A stretch of DNA of 64,000 bases from Vicugna vicugna (Eukaryota), in contig MU057521.1 of assembly GCA_013265495.1 (NCBI GenBank), forward strand, positions 1,624,335 to 1,688,334, written 5' to 3'. Each line of letters begins with the position of its first letter. Within the stretch, counting starts at the first letter, position 1. The notes below the pieces were generated by a model. It made no database searches and was not told where the DNA came from. It saw nothing but the letters and a program-made list of their open reading frames with translations. This document shows positions 38,962 through 51,801 of this stretch, in pieces. The translations under genes were made by a program, and so were the position numbers.

Positions 38962-40949
38962 CTGCTAAAGCATCATCTCAAAGAGAGAACAAAAATTTCT
39001 AGTGTAATATTCTCACCCTGAAGGGTAGTTCTCGGAGAAAAAGCAGGAACAGAATTCTGGTTTTAGTCCCTGCCTTAGAATGATGGAAGAGGAATTGGTG
39101 AAGGGTGGTGAGTCATGGCATAGGTCTGTGGCCTCATCCACAAGTCTTTATCTTTAGCGGGGAAAAAAAGTTTACAGTCTAAGTTCCACCCCTTGCCACT
39201 TTGCATTTGAGTGAGTGATGTGTATTCAGAGACTGCTAAAGCCACAAATTTGTCCGTGTGCTGAAGAAATGAGGGAATCATCACCAAAAAACTCTCACTT
39301 GGCTTGCAAAATGGGATATAGTCTGCTTCAGTGTGTGGTTCATCGTTGCATCTGCATTTTCCTGTCATTTCATTCAGTCTTAATTTGACTTTTTCAGAGT
39401 GAATTGAAACAGAGCACAAATCTACTTTTCACTGACACTTAAATCAACAGGCGCTTATAGGGCTCTCTTTTTGGAATTCAGTAATTGTGGATTCTTTTTC
39501 GACGTAGCTGCCATAATCAAGAAATTGAAGCATGGCCTGCTCAGGGCAAAATGAGTCATGAAGTCAGGAAATATATAGATATTTGTGGAAAAAAATTAAT
39601 ATGACATAAGTGCTAGAGGAGGGGAGAATAATTTGAAAATTCATTACTTATAACTTGAGGCAAATAAATCATAGTTCCAAAATTGTGTTGTTATAAAACA
39701 TGGAAAACCAGATAATTGGTATGTTTTTCTGTTTGACTCTCAATTTTAAAAGACTCTAATTGATGTATTGTTTATATTGTTCACTAAATACAGTGTTTGG
39801 ATGATGGGGAGGGAGTAGAGAATGCATGTGATAGCAGCTCAGAGATGTGCAGTGCTTCTCCCTCGAAACAATTACAGTGCAGCGGCTGCCAATGGTGATG
39901 TCACAGTCAGTAGATAAAGAGCCATTTAAGACTTTTTATAACCACCATTAGAAGGACAGAGAGAATTTGTGCAAAATCTGAAGCAGTGTTCAGATTCCTA
40001 CTGTGTTCCTCCGTTTTGTTGCCTTAAATGATAATGTTCTCAACATTTAATTACTTATATAATTTACAAATTATATTTAACATCATCCAGGAAAAGAGAG
40101 AGTACTGTTCATAGGAGGCAAAGCTGTTGCACTCTGTTAGAGCAGAAGCAGAAGCTCAGAGCAGTGCTCTGGGACTCAGGTAGAGAAAATAATGCCGGTT
40201 TCTAACTCAGTAGTGTGACTATTAGAGGTGGCATTGGGCAAGGCTGACCCACCTAGATTGTAAACTGTTAACACAGTTTATAGATATGTAACATCCCTTT
40301 GGGGAGAGAAAAATGACATTAACGTAGACGTAACTGGTGTGTGAGGCGAGAAAAAGCTTCCTTAGAGGCTGGAAGAGCTTAGCTTTCAACCCATTTTCTG
40401 AGTGCCAAAAGGCCTTCGCCATCAGCTGTTCACTGTGCTTTTTCACCAGTGTCTTTTTCCTGGATCGTTACCTGCCCTTCATGCTGAATTTGGAGCTTAA
40501 GTGAGAACGGAGTTTGCTGTCTAACATCTCTGTCTTAGGAGTGAGGAAACCAGGCCTTCACCTGGCGTGGCGGGAGCAGGAGGTGCAGGGGAAGAGCAGG
40601 GAGGGGGGAGTCTGGACAACTAGGTAAGTTAGTCCTCCAGTTGAATTTTATCTCAATATTTTCAGTCCATAGCTTAGTATCTGACCCGAAATAAGTCCGT
40701 GCTTAGTAACTATAATCATTTGTAGGTAGTGATAGGCAAATACTTACAGGGACGTTACTACTTCCTCAGTGTATCTTTTATTACCCTCTTTCATCTTTCT
40801 GCCTCTGCTTTATTTAGACTATCAGTTTGAGGAGGACAGGCAAAAAGAGAAAGACAGTGAGTTCCAACACAGCAGGAAGGAAAGTTCAGCACCTTGGATT
40901 GGGCTTCACCCACTTAATTTCACTTCATCCGTTTAAATAGTATTCACGT

Positions 40950-41060
40950 TTAATGGATAAGAAAACTAGGGTTCAGAGAAGTTACTCAGTTTATAGTAAA
41001 TAACAGAGCTGGCATTTGCTCCTAAATCTGGAGGATTCCAAAACAGGCCTTTCTTTTTTA
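40950..41060 (-). mobile_element. MIR fragment
   Basis: 'gataagaaaactagggttcagagaagtt...taaataacagagctggcatttgctcctaaatctg'. Confidence 0.65.
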
Positions 41061-41574
41061 CAGCGTTCCCTATTTTGTGGTACTTAGGAGTTGTACTAAG
41101 GACAAGGACTGTTACTCATCTCTGCATCTCCATAACTTAGCAGGTTTAGTTATAGAGAAGTGCCAAAAAAAGCGTTTGTTAAATGATTTGTTTCAATCTA
41201 GAAACTTGAATTTTCTTTGGAAGAATAGATGAAAAACGGGAAGAGTTAGGGCCAGACTGAGATAGAAGATGAAAGCAGAGAGAAGTTAGCACTTGTGGTA
41301 CATACAGTGCGTGCCTGGCAGTGGCATAAATAGAAGACTCAGCCCCGAGTGATGAAAACAGATGTGTCAGCCCTGCTCCATACACAGTACAGTAGGGTCT
41401 TCAGTAGGGTCCCCTGAGTTGTGCAGGGTGTGGCTGGATGCGCTGGCTTGCATGGTGAGCATCTAGGTATGCGCCGTGAGGGGAGGAGCAAGCACTTGCT
41501 GCAGGCGCAGTTGTCTCTTTCTGGAAAAAGAAAGAGAAGTACTTGGAAGCTTAGAAGTCAGAATTACTAAACAA

Positions 41575-42408
41575 AAACAAAACAAACAAAAATACACCAG
41601 CTCAATTAAACAGGAGCAAAGGACTCGAATTGACATTTCTCCAAAGAAGATATACAATGGCCAGTAAACACATGAAAAAATGCTCTACATCACCAATTAT
41701 TGGGGAAATGCAAATCAAAGCATAGTGAGATACCACTTCACCCTCATTTGTATGGCTACTATATAAAAATAGTGTTGACAAGGATGTGGAGGAATTGGAA
41801 CCCATGTGCACTGTTGATGAGAATGTAAAATGGTGCAGTTGCTATGGAAAACAATATGGTTGTTATTAAAAAAAATTAAAAATAAAATTAACATATTATA
41901 CAGCAGTTCTACTTCTGGATTATATATGTACCCTGGAGAATTGAAAGCAGAGGAGTCTGGAAGAGATATTTGTATACCTATGTTCATAGCAGCATTATTC
42001 TTAACAGCCAAAAGGTAGGAAGCAACCCAGTTGTCTACTGCCAGATGAATGGGTAAACAAATGTATTCCAGCCTTAAAAAGGAAGGAAATTCAGACACAT
42101 GCAACAACGTGGATGAGCCTTGAGGACATTATGCCGAGTGACATGAGCCAGTTACAAAAGGACAAGTACTGTATCATTCCGTCTATGTGAGGTACCTAAA
42201 CTTGTCAAATTCATAGATACAGAAAGTAGAGTGGTGGTTCCCAGGGGCTGGTGGGGAGGGGAGGAGAGAGGGATAGTGTTTAATGGATACAGGGTTTTAG
42301 TTTGAGATGAGAAAGTTCTGCAGATGAATGGTGGTGATTGTTGCACAGTGTAAATGTGCTCAATGCCACAGAACTGTGCACTTAAAAATGGCTAAGATGG
42401 TAAAATTT
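41575..42408 (+). mobile_element. L1MB-like LINE-1 3' end (ORF2 C-terminus remnant plus 3' UTR)
   Basis: 'gacatttctccaaagaagatatacaatggcc...gaaatgcaaatcaaa'. ORF 41830-42018 (WKTIWLLLKKIK...ICIPMFIAALFLTAK) is an L1 ORF2 C-terminal remnant. The 3' UTR ends 'gcacttaaaaatggctaagatggtaaaa'. Confidence 0.92.
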
Positions 42409-42409
42409 T

Positions 42410-42588
42410 TCTCTGTTTTTTTAACTGAAGTGTAGTTGATTTACAATGTTGTGTTAATTTCTAGTGTACAGCATAGTGGTTCATTTATACTTATATTCCT
42501 TTTCATATACTTTTTCATTATAGATTACTACAAGCTGTTGAATATAGTTCTCTGTGCTACACAGATAAACATAGTTATTTATCTATTA
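42410..42588 (-). mobile_element. Younger artiodactyl-type L1 3' end, tail-to-tail with the L1MB
   Basis: 'tttttaactgaagtgtagttgatttacaatgttgtgttaatttctagtgtacagcatagtg...gttgaatatagttctctgtgctacaca'. Confidence 0.85.
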
Positions 42589-44501
42589 AAGAGGAACTGC
42601 TCCCATGAGCTTTATTGTCATCTTCCCTTCTTGCCATAGACTTTTTATTTAAACATATAATTCTCTTGATCAATATTAAGGAGAAAAACAGTTATCTATA
42701 ATTTAAGAATGCAGCTTACAAAGCAGAGGAGTAAAATGTTGACTTTCCCCACATCCACACTTGAAGAATGTCCGAAGCTTTTGCCCTTAATAGCAGCTGC
42801 CTTTGGTAGAATTACTTTGGGAAAATGGTGCTGACAGCCTTCCCATTCACAGTCTGCTCTGACCTCTCCTACTCAGCGGCCCCCTGTGAAAGTTGCACAG
42901 CCGCCAGTTGTGTCAAACACGTGATGACATTTGTCTGTGTGCTTTTGAATAGTTCGTGTCAAGTTTACTTAATACGATTGGGACTGGCATTTGGTCCATT
43001 AATTGAAAAAGTTGATCACAACAGAACATGAAATTCTGTAAGGTAATGTTTTATACTTCCCTCTTCCTAGACTTAGTGTGGAGTAGGGTGCTGCTAAAGC
43101 ATTATTTTGAAGAAAGGATCTGAGAGGAGCAGAGAGCAACAATTTCTAGGGCAGTACTCCTAGACTGACCGGTAGTTCCCAGAACTAAATCAGGAACAGA
43201 ACTGTTGTTTTAGTTCTTGCCTCAGAACCAGGAGACTGTATTTTCATTAGTGCCCCTTGCCCGCCCATTTACAGTTTCTCCACAGATGTATTTTAACATT
43301 ATTTTGTTCATTGATTCGCTTTATTGAATTTCTCCAAAGCATTCAGTTTAGTTTTTATAGAAATGACTTTTCCTTTTACATTCATATTTCCCTGTTTATA
43401 TAAAAATTAATATAATTACAAATACAATTAGCATTACAGGTTTGGTCTGAACCTGTTACTCAGCAGGTGCAGGTAGAAATGCGCTGTGATGCTGTGGGGG
43501 CCTCCGAGTGCCATGGGCGTCACTGGTGTGTTTACAGAAGGAATGGAGACGTGGTTCATCTGGTGTGTTGGTTAATAGGAGACTGGTTAAGAGTGTTTTC
43601 TCTGTTCAGAGTCTATCAAGTCTCTTGCCTTTGGGAGAATGTTTCTAGTTCTATTAGACCTCATTGGCATCGTATTCATTTAGTACCCTCCTATCATAGA
43701 CATTTCATGTCTGTTTTATGTTATTTGATATGTTCTAATAATCTGTTAATGAAGACGTGATGCCAGTAGCATTTTCTCTCTAAGGCTGTGGTCTTCTGAG
43801 CTCAGCTGAGAGGGCCTTTTATGTTTGTTTTCTTTAAATTCCTTTGAATCAGTTGTTACAGAGAACTCTGGACGGTATCTCTGGGAGATAGATTGTCTTC
43901 CATTGCCTGGATATTGTGTAGTTTGGCACGCTTGTATTTTTCCTGTGTGAGCTGGATACTGGGGGTGCCGAAAGTCAAGGTAGTAAAGCAGGAACTGAAA
44001 CAGTGGGAAGAGGGAGGGATGGCTATTGTCAGAGACGGCCAGGGCCAGGCAGGACCTGCAGTGGGTGTGTGATCTCACCGTAAACACCATGGGATGAGCC
44101 TAACATGCAATCAGTGCCCCCTCCACCCCCGTTTATATTGGAATTGTGCCTTCTGGCAAAAGGTAAAAGCTTTTTCCTTTTGTATGCTACTTATAATGGA
44201 ATATCGTTTTATGTGGTTCAAGTGAGCCTTCAAAATAGATGGATAGTGAGAGATGTTGTATTTTTGAACCCAGGGGCTGTTCTTATTCAGCTACTGTAGC
44301 GTGTCACTATAAATTGTAGTTAAAACTCGTTACATCTTATGTGTTTAAAAACACTGATTTTGAGTTTAAAATAACCATACCAAACCGTTGATAAGACACA
44401 GCTTCTGTTTTTGATACTGGATGGGTAAACCTAAAATAGACAGATTTATGTGAAAAGACATTCTGGATTCCTGAGAAAAGATGGTTTACTTAGGCTGCCT
44501 G

Positions 44502-44567
44502 TTTTTTTCTTTCTTCTTCTTTCCTTTCTTTCCTTCCCTTCCCTCCCTCCCTCTCCCTTTCTTTCTT
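44502..44567. repeat. 66-nt pure polypyrimidine low-complexity tract
   Basis: Only C and T from 44502 to 44567, immediately followed by AG. Confidence 0.9.
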
Positions 44568-45323
44568 AGCAAATTTCTCTTGATTTTTGAAATACAACCA
44601 ACCTCAATTACGTTTATATGAACTGTAGGCAAGTAAGAACTTCAGGAATATCTTGGGCACTCCCATGCATTCTTTCCTTACTGTCTGTCCTCTTGCAGCC
44701 ATTGGTTATTATATATGATCACAGAATGCAAACTAATATTAATTTTGGCCTAAGCTTCAGAAAAATCACAGTGCACTGAAGAATGATTTTTTTAGAGCAT
44801 CCAAAAATTAACATACCATTCTTTCCTTCTGCTAGCATATATATATTTTTCTATTTGTATTCTTATGTCTATTTCTGTATTGTGCAAAGGGAACCAATTC
44901 TTTCAGGCCCTTCTACATTGGTGTTAGCAGATAAGGAGAGAGTAAAAACCCAGCTTTAACCTGCTATTGAGGTGGCTGGCTTTATTTCCCGTCACTAGAG
45001 ATGTTGACATTGTGGCAAGAAAGCCCATAAAACTAAATTAAACAAAGCCACATCAAGGCTGTGTCAAGGCAGTAAGCCAGACAGGGAGGGCAGCTCTGAT
45101 ACCATGCCAGGTGAACACATGTGGGGATGTGGGAGAGGAAGATTGACTGATAATACTTTAGGAGTCTGAACTGCCCTGTGTAATTTCTTTCCTCGAGCGT
45201 TAGTGAATATACGTAAGAGTTTTGTTTATCTTCACAGGAACAAACATTAGCAGTGAACCTTTCCATATTAACAGGAAGCATTGCTGTCCTGAGAGAGTCA
45301 TTGCTTGAAAAATCTGAGATGTT

Positions 45324-45325
<2 letters not shown>

Positions 45326-45358
<33 letters not shown>
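45326..45358. repeat. (TG)16 microsatellite
   Basis: Read directly from the sequence. Confidence 0.95.
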
Positions 45359-45359
<1 letters not shown>

Positions 45360-46559
45360 TACATATCAATCAAATAATAAATTTAGTTGTTTTTGAGTGA
45401 AAGCAAAACAGTGCTCTTGTTTTTGAAGAGGCTAACATACAAGCATATCTCAGATTGTGTACAATCCTGAATTTTTACCAGACTTTCCTAGGCTGTTTTC
45501 CAGGCTGGAATGGTTTTGCGCAGAGGTGGATACCGGTCCTGCTCCCTGCTGTGGGGGTTGTAGTTGCAGTGGGAAGCCCAGTGGCAGGTGGGGCCCACAC
45601 CCTCCGCTTTTTATCAGTGTCTCCTTACTCAGCAGCACACCTTCTGCAACTTTGATGTCTAGTCTCTCGGTTCCCTGGTCCTGCTGTCTGGCTTGTTTCT
45701 TCACGCTGCAGTTCCCAGATGCCCATTTGGAGCATAGCTTTTATCTGTAGCTGCGGATATTCTGACTCATGAAAGTGAATAGTTCCAGGTTGCACTTGAG
45801 ACCAGTTATATTTGTATATAACGCATGTTGGACATATATGAAAACTAAACATTACAATCCTTTAATGCTTTCATAGCACCAACTTAAATTCTCTAGCTTT
45901 TTCTCTTCTTTAGCACACTCTGTATGTCATTTACTGTGGTTGTAGCCCTATGTGTAAGTTCACTTATTTCCCAGCTAATTTTTTAAATAAGTTCTGTGTG
46001 AGGCTACCAATTTGATGAGCTATAAGACGGTAAAACAGCAGATAGGAATAATAGGAAACAGATTGCATACAGAGTCACTGCCTTCACAGTTTTTCTAAGA
46101 AATTGGAAAGACGGCATTTTATAAATAAGTAAAATACAGGTATACTTCACCTGTTTGGTTATCAGGCAGTGTTGCCAACTGAGAACACAACCTTAAGCCA
46201 GGAGGCTAGTAAAAAGTCCTCTAAGCTTCCAAAATAGACACGAGAGAATTTAAGTGTAAGCGCTAGGGTTATATCAGGAGTCGCAGTCATAAAGTGGGAG
46301 CCAGCCAGCCTGGGACCTCAGTACTCCCTGAGGACATTTTAGGAATGTCATTTACTACACTCTTATATATCCCTTAATGGTGATGACTCAAGGCAATCAA
46401 GAAAAAGTATTCACCATTTATTTGATTTCTTACAAGGCAGGACAAGTTATGGTATATTCAAGAGTGTTGGAATAAAACTTATTGTTCAAAGAATACATTC
46501 TTGAACATCTATAAAGCTTGATAATCTAGCACATGGTCCCCAGGCTTAGGAAAGATGAA

Positions 46560-46860
46560 AATTTAAAATGTTCCAGAGAAAGCTGCAAGCTTTAAGTGGG
46601 ACAGGAAAGGGATCCCACAGTAACTCCTGGTGGTAGACTGTATGCTGGAGTGTGCAGTGGGGAGGAACTGGGGGCAGGAAAAGGAGCTGGGTGGCTGTTG
46701 CCATAGTGGAGGCTAAGTGAGGAGTTAAGGTCAAGAACTTGAACCTGGGTGGTAACATGGGGGAGGGAGAGGAAGGAAGGATCCAAGAGATACTGGGTGC
46801 AGGGTACAGGGTGAAGTGATTAAGTGGATGTGTATGACAAGAGGAAGGGAGCTTTTGCAG
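46560..46860 (-). mobile_element. L2 fragment
   Basis: 'ggctgttgccatagtggaggctaagtgagg...cttgaacctgggtggtaacatggggg...gatccaagagatactg'. Confidence 0.65.
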
Positions 46861-49054
46861 CTCTTGAGTCCGGGAGCATGTTGTTTGCTGCTGCAGAAGC
46901 GGGGCAGGCAGCCCATTCTGCAGTGAGGGAGACTGCTTTGCTTCGGATGGTGAGTTGAGGAGCTGGCCAGAGACCTGGCAGGCCTTCGGACTGGAGGTCC
47001 TGGAGCTCTGAGAGGCTCTTTTCAGCCGTTCCCAAGACAAACGAAGACAGGCATGCTTTCATTGTTGCCTTGGTAAGTACCTAGTAATTATTGGTTGGTT
47101 TCTAGTTCTTTTGAGTTTTGTGGGATGATTGGATTTGCTTGAAAACAAATTTTGTTCAGTAACATAGTTTTTACTTGCAAGTAAAATGTCAGTAATTAGG
47201 CCTGCTCACACACTAGGAGAGTGGGAACAGAAGCTGAGGCAGGATGCTAGCCTGACTTCGCTGTAAAGTCTCAAGTTTTCTCTTGAAATGTTATGCAAAA
47301 TCTCCATCCTACTCTCTGATGTTTATATTATATAACTTTTTAAGATATAAAAATATTCATAATTGCCATCAGTCCAAAATGAAGTTTCCTATCATCTTTC
47401 TCTGTGGTTTCGCTTGGTTCTTCCTGGTTCTGCGTAGGTATGCTTTATTTGAGCTGCGAAGGGAAATGTAATTTCCTGTCAGCAGTATGACAGCTCTTTT
47501 GGTATATCATTGAACGTTCTTGCTGTGTTATTTCCATGGTCTTTGGACAAATATCCTGAATTAGCAGAGCAGCATGAAATTGTGTTAGGAAAGCAAGAGA
47601 GTACAGCTCACATTATTGAAACTTTTTTTGTGGGTGGATTTATAATAGGGTAATAGGGAATGACTATTAACTGAAGTGACTAGTTAAGACTTTTGTCTTT
47701 ATTGAAAATGGTGCTTTTTGTTGAAATGGCTAATTAGTGATTGCAGATACTGTCACTTAAAGCTTAAGAATCCAAGCAGATAAATAAGTGGATGTGAGGG
47801 AAGTCAGACCTTAGGTGACTTGAAATAATACCTTCTCAAAAAATCATTACCCTGCAAATTAATGAGCACACTACTTTTTCTTGGAGTGAGACACTCTCTC
47901 TTTATGAATAAAGAAATTATAAAAATAACCTTTTTTTTTCAGTCTGGATGTAATCAGCTTGGATTCCTGTAGCCAAGGGGAAGATTTTTTAGTATAAGCT
48001 TCAACACACGTTTTTCCTAATCAGGGTGATTAAATCAAACCCATCTTTCCATGCTATAACATTATTTCAAATGAACACTACAGAAATAGGAAACCAGACT
48101 CAAAGGGAGTATACAATACTGGCTGAGCTTTACTTCCAGACTTGGGGAGTTTCCCATCTTTCAAAGTGCTGGGCCTAAAGGCAGTTTAGAAAAGAAGTAT
48201 TTCTCAGGCATAGATTATTGAATCTCTAATGATTATTTTTCACTGTTGGAGTAAAACTGTAATTTGCTGTCACATTTGTGCTCCATGCACATTGATGTGA
48301 AACAGTTGATTTTATTGCTGATGTCCTTTTAGTATAAATGATTTTTCACAATTTTTTCAAATGGCATCACTTTTTCTTTAGGAAAATAAATTCTGATTTT
48401 CCTACCCCTTCTGACTAAAAGACTGCTTTTGCTCTCTTCCCACTTTCTTCTAACCTACCCTTCACCTCTTTTTATCAGTGCATTCTGATGACTTCTCTGA
48501 ATACGGGCTTCCCCAAATCTAATGCAAAGGAGCATCCATTGATAAATAAGTTTGCTAAAATGTCTTCGCTTTTATTATCAAGCTCTGAGTTAGAATTTCA
48601 TACTTCAACAATCCAATAAGGGTTTTCTTTTTAAATTCCCCTTTCTTACCTCTCTTTTGAAAGTGTGGGTTTTCCCCTAAATTTGATGCTTTATAGGTAT
48701 CACACAAAGAAATTCCCTTGCAGTTAAGAATAAAATTTCCCTATTGAAATAAGAGATAATCATATGATTCCATTAGAAAAGCTGTATAAGGTTTATTCAG
48801 TGACGGTAGATTATAAGGGGATACTTGTCATGAGCTGCAAGTCACCTAGACATTTGCATAGAAAAATCAGTTTTGAAAAATGATTTAATAACAAATTAAC
48901 TGGGTGAGATTTTAGGTACTAAGAAATACGACTTTCACATACTTTGAAGGGACTTTTTAACAGTGATCAGTATGTATAAGGAACTAGAAGCACTTTAAAA
49001 TTTTTCCTCTTTGACACGGAGATACTAACATCTGCTTGCGGTAGAGGGTTGACA

Positions 49055-50400
49055 GCAAACCACATTCATTCATTAAGCACTGTGGTGCGGAGAAGCCAGA
49101 TGAGCCCTGGCCTGGAGAGCATTCTCCAGCAGGTGTCTCGGCTGAGTTTTGTAAAATGAGAAGCGTAGTTAACCTGATGAAGGAGATAAGGAGGAACATT
49201 GCAAGCAGAGGGACATGAGTGAGACATGGGAGCATATTGTGGTGTTTGGGGTACTGCTGGTGGTCTAGTGTGACTAGAAGGATGGAGGTTAAAACAGAAC
49301 GTCCAGACAGAGGGATGAGTTTGCAAAGGTCAGCAGGGATAGGGTCCAGAAGAACTTCCTTTTTTTTTTTGAGGAACTTCCTTTGCCGTGATAGGGGTTT
49401 ACGTGAGGCAGTATTGTCCAGTGGTTAAAAACGTGGCTCTGGGCTGGATCCTGGTTCTGCCTAGTCCTAACCTGCTCTGTGACCTGGGACAACTCCTTTG
49501 GTCTCTGTTGCCGTCTCAGTACGTTGGTGCTGATAATCATATGCACCTCATAGGAATGTTGTGATGAAAGTAAGTGCTCAGTGTCCGTTTCTCTTGTTGT
49601 TGGTGGTAGTGATGTAATTATTGTTACTGTCATCTAAAGGCTGTGGACGAATCATTAAAGGATATTTCACTGGAGAGTAATTGATGATATTAGCATTTTA
49701 GAAAACCCTTCCTGGCAAGCAGGGTGGGAGGTTGAGGTATATTGAATTAAGTAAGATAGATAAGGCCCATTATTGCAGTAGTCATCTGGGTAAGACAGAA
49801 TGAGGGCCTGAACTGAAGTGGTTGCAGGGGCAGTGGAGGAAGGAAAGGATGGATTAGAGAGATTGAGAATGGAGATTTGGCCGGGGATACATTTGATATG
49901 AAGGGAGAAAAACGCAGTGTGCCTAGGATAACTAGCAGGCCTTGAATTTGTATAACCAATGAGGAAGCCAGAGTGAAAATCTATGAGGAGGAGAAGTTCT
50001 TCTCAGATAGTGAGTTTAACTTGGATTTGGATTTTATGTATTTGTGGGTCTTCTTGGAAGAGAGATCCAGCAACCAGCTGGATACCAGTATATAGTTCAA
50101 GAGAGAGATCTGGGCTGATCTTGAGAGGCGTGAGTTAAGTGTGAAGTCATGGGAGTAAGTGGAGGCGAGGAGCCTGAGAAGCCAGAACTGAAAACCACCC
50201 ACTTTTCTAGAAACCTCCTGTTTTTGAAGAACTTGCTGGGGGCATCCCAAGAAGGGGTCCCATGAAAAAGATTAAAAAGAATTTGGAGAAGTAGAAGAAA
50301 ACTGGAGAATAGGAATGTTACAGAAGTCGGGATGAGATCGGGGGTGGGAGGGCAGTTCAAGAGTAAGCGTGTTATGGAATAGGGGAGACCAGTACATGGG
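49055..50400 (-). mobile_element. L2 (long fragment) interrupted by a MIR
   Basis: Starts at the 3' end 'cattcattcattaagcactgtg'. Also 'gagggcctgaactgaagtggttgcagg' and 'tatagttcaagagagagatctgggctg'. Confidence 0.75.
49405..49630 (+). mobile_element. MIR SINE nested in L2
   Basis: 'gaggcagtattgtccagtggttaaaaacgtggctctgggctggatcctggttc...tgtgacctgggacaac...cacctcataggaatgttgtga'. Confidence 0.85.
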
Positions 50401-51801
50401 AGGTACAGGTTGGCGTCAGGTGCTTTCCAGAGAAACTTGGTTCTGGAGGGAAAGAGCGACTCCTCTATATCAACAGAGTTCCCTGTGTCAGTAGCCTGCT
50501 GCTCTGTGGCTGAGGCTCTTAACAGTCCTTTCCTACCAAAGCCTCCCAGTAGTTTCAGCTCCACTTGGTATTTTGGGACAGAGCTTGCCCAAGATCAAGC
50601 CAACATGGCTACTGGGTCCCAGCCGTGTCCTTGTTCCTTCTTTCTGGGAACTAAAAGCAAGCAAGCCTTTGCCTTGCTTTTAGGGCCCTTTTTCTCCCCT
50701 TCAAACTCAGCTCCATCCCTCCCTCCCTTCTTTCCCTCCTCCCCCTCCCATGTAGAACTCCCTTCTCTGGTTTCCAGCCCAGCACTGCAGTTGCTTGGAG
50801 ACTGAGGTTCCACCTTTCCTTCTCAGTTCTCTAACTCTAATGACTAACTCTTCAAAGCTGGGTTTTTTACCACTTACTGCTGATTCACCCTCATGTCAGC
50901 TTGCCTACTGTCATACCATGTTGGCAGTTCCCTGCTCTACCTGCTTTTCTTTGGACTAAATGTTTCTCAAACTGGGGTCCATTGGCCTATTGCTTGGGTG
51001 TTGATTTGCATTGTGTTCAATCCTACATCAAACCTAAGTTCTACAAGTTTGGTTTCCTAATACGGATGGGTCTCTTGTTGCTACCCACGTGTACAGTGAC
51101 TTTTGTGATAACTAACTAATTTGCTTTCCTGAAAGGTAAGTTTTGTTAAAGAAATTTTCAAATCAGCATTTTTATTCTGGGGTTGAGTGGCTCTCTGCAA
51201 GATTGCGTTAAGCCTTTTTTAAAAACTTAAGTAGAAATGTCATAAATATACACATATACACATAGATTTGATGTACATTTGGAGTGATTGTTTTTGGGGT
51301 GGGGAGGAAACTTAAAATTCTTGCCTGGAACCTTTTATAAGTCAGTATACTAGTTTGATTTTGGAGGTGGGAGTGACTTTTCATTCCACAAGCATACATT
51401 TTTGTGGATAGTTTAATTATTACTGTTTTAATCTACATTTCACAATTTAAACTACTAGTTTTTTTTTTAACACAAATCACTTGGATTTTATTTGTAGATT
51501 TATTCTTGATGACAAAAAAGGATGGACTGAAAACTGACCCTTATTTATATATTCAGTGAACTCGCTTAGGGTTTGCAGTGCTGGGAAGGATGAGTTTTTA
51601 ATGAGTATCAATAGTTTTACTTTTATAATCACATTGAGGATTATTAAGTAAATGGAGCAGAAAACAAAAGTTTTTCTTGAGGCAACAGAGTAAGGAGTAG
51701 AGAAAATGGATATCACGGGCCTTACACTGTGCAGCCCCTGGCCTCTTCATTATTTATCATTTCCAGCTTACTTTGGAATCTGCCTTAATATTGCTGTAGG
51801 G

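Noticed and set aside
41830..42018. ORF with protein-like sequence
   Set aside because: It is a remnant of the LINE-1 ORF2 C-terminus inside the L1MB-like element, not a gene.
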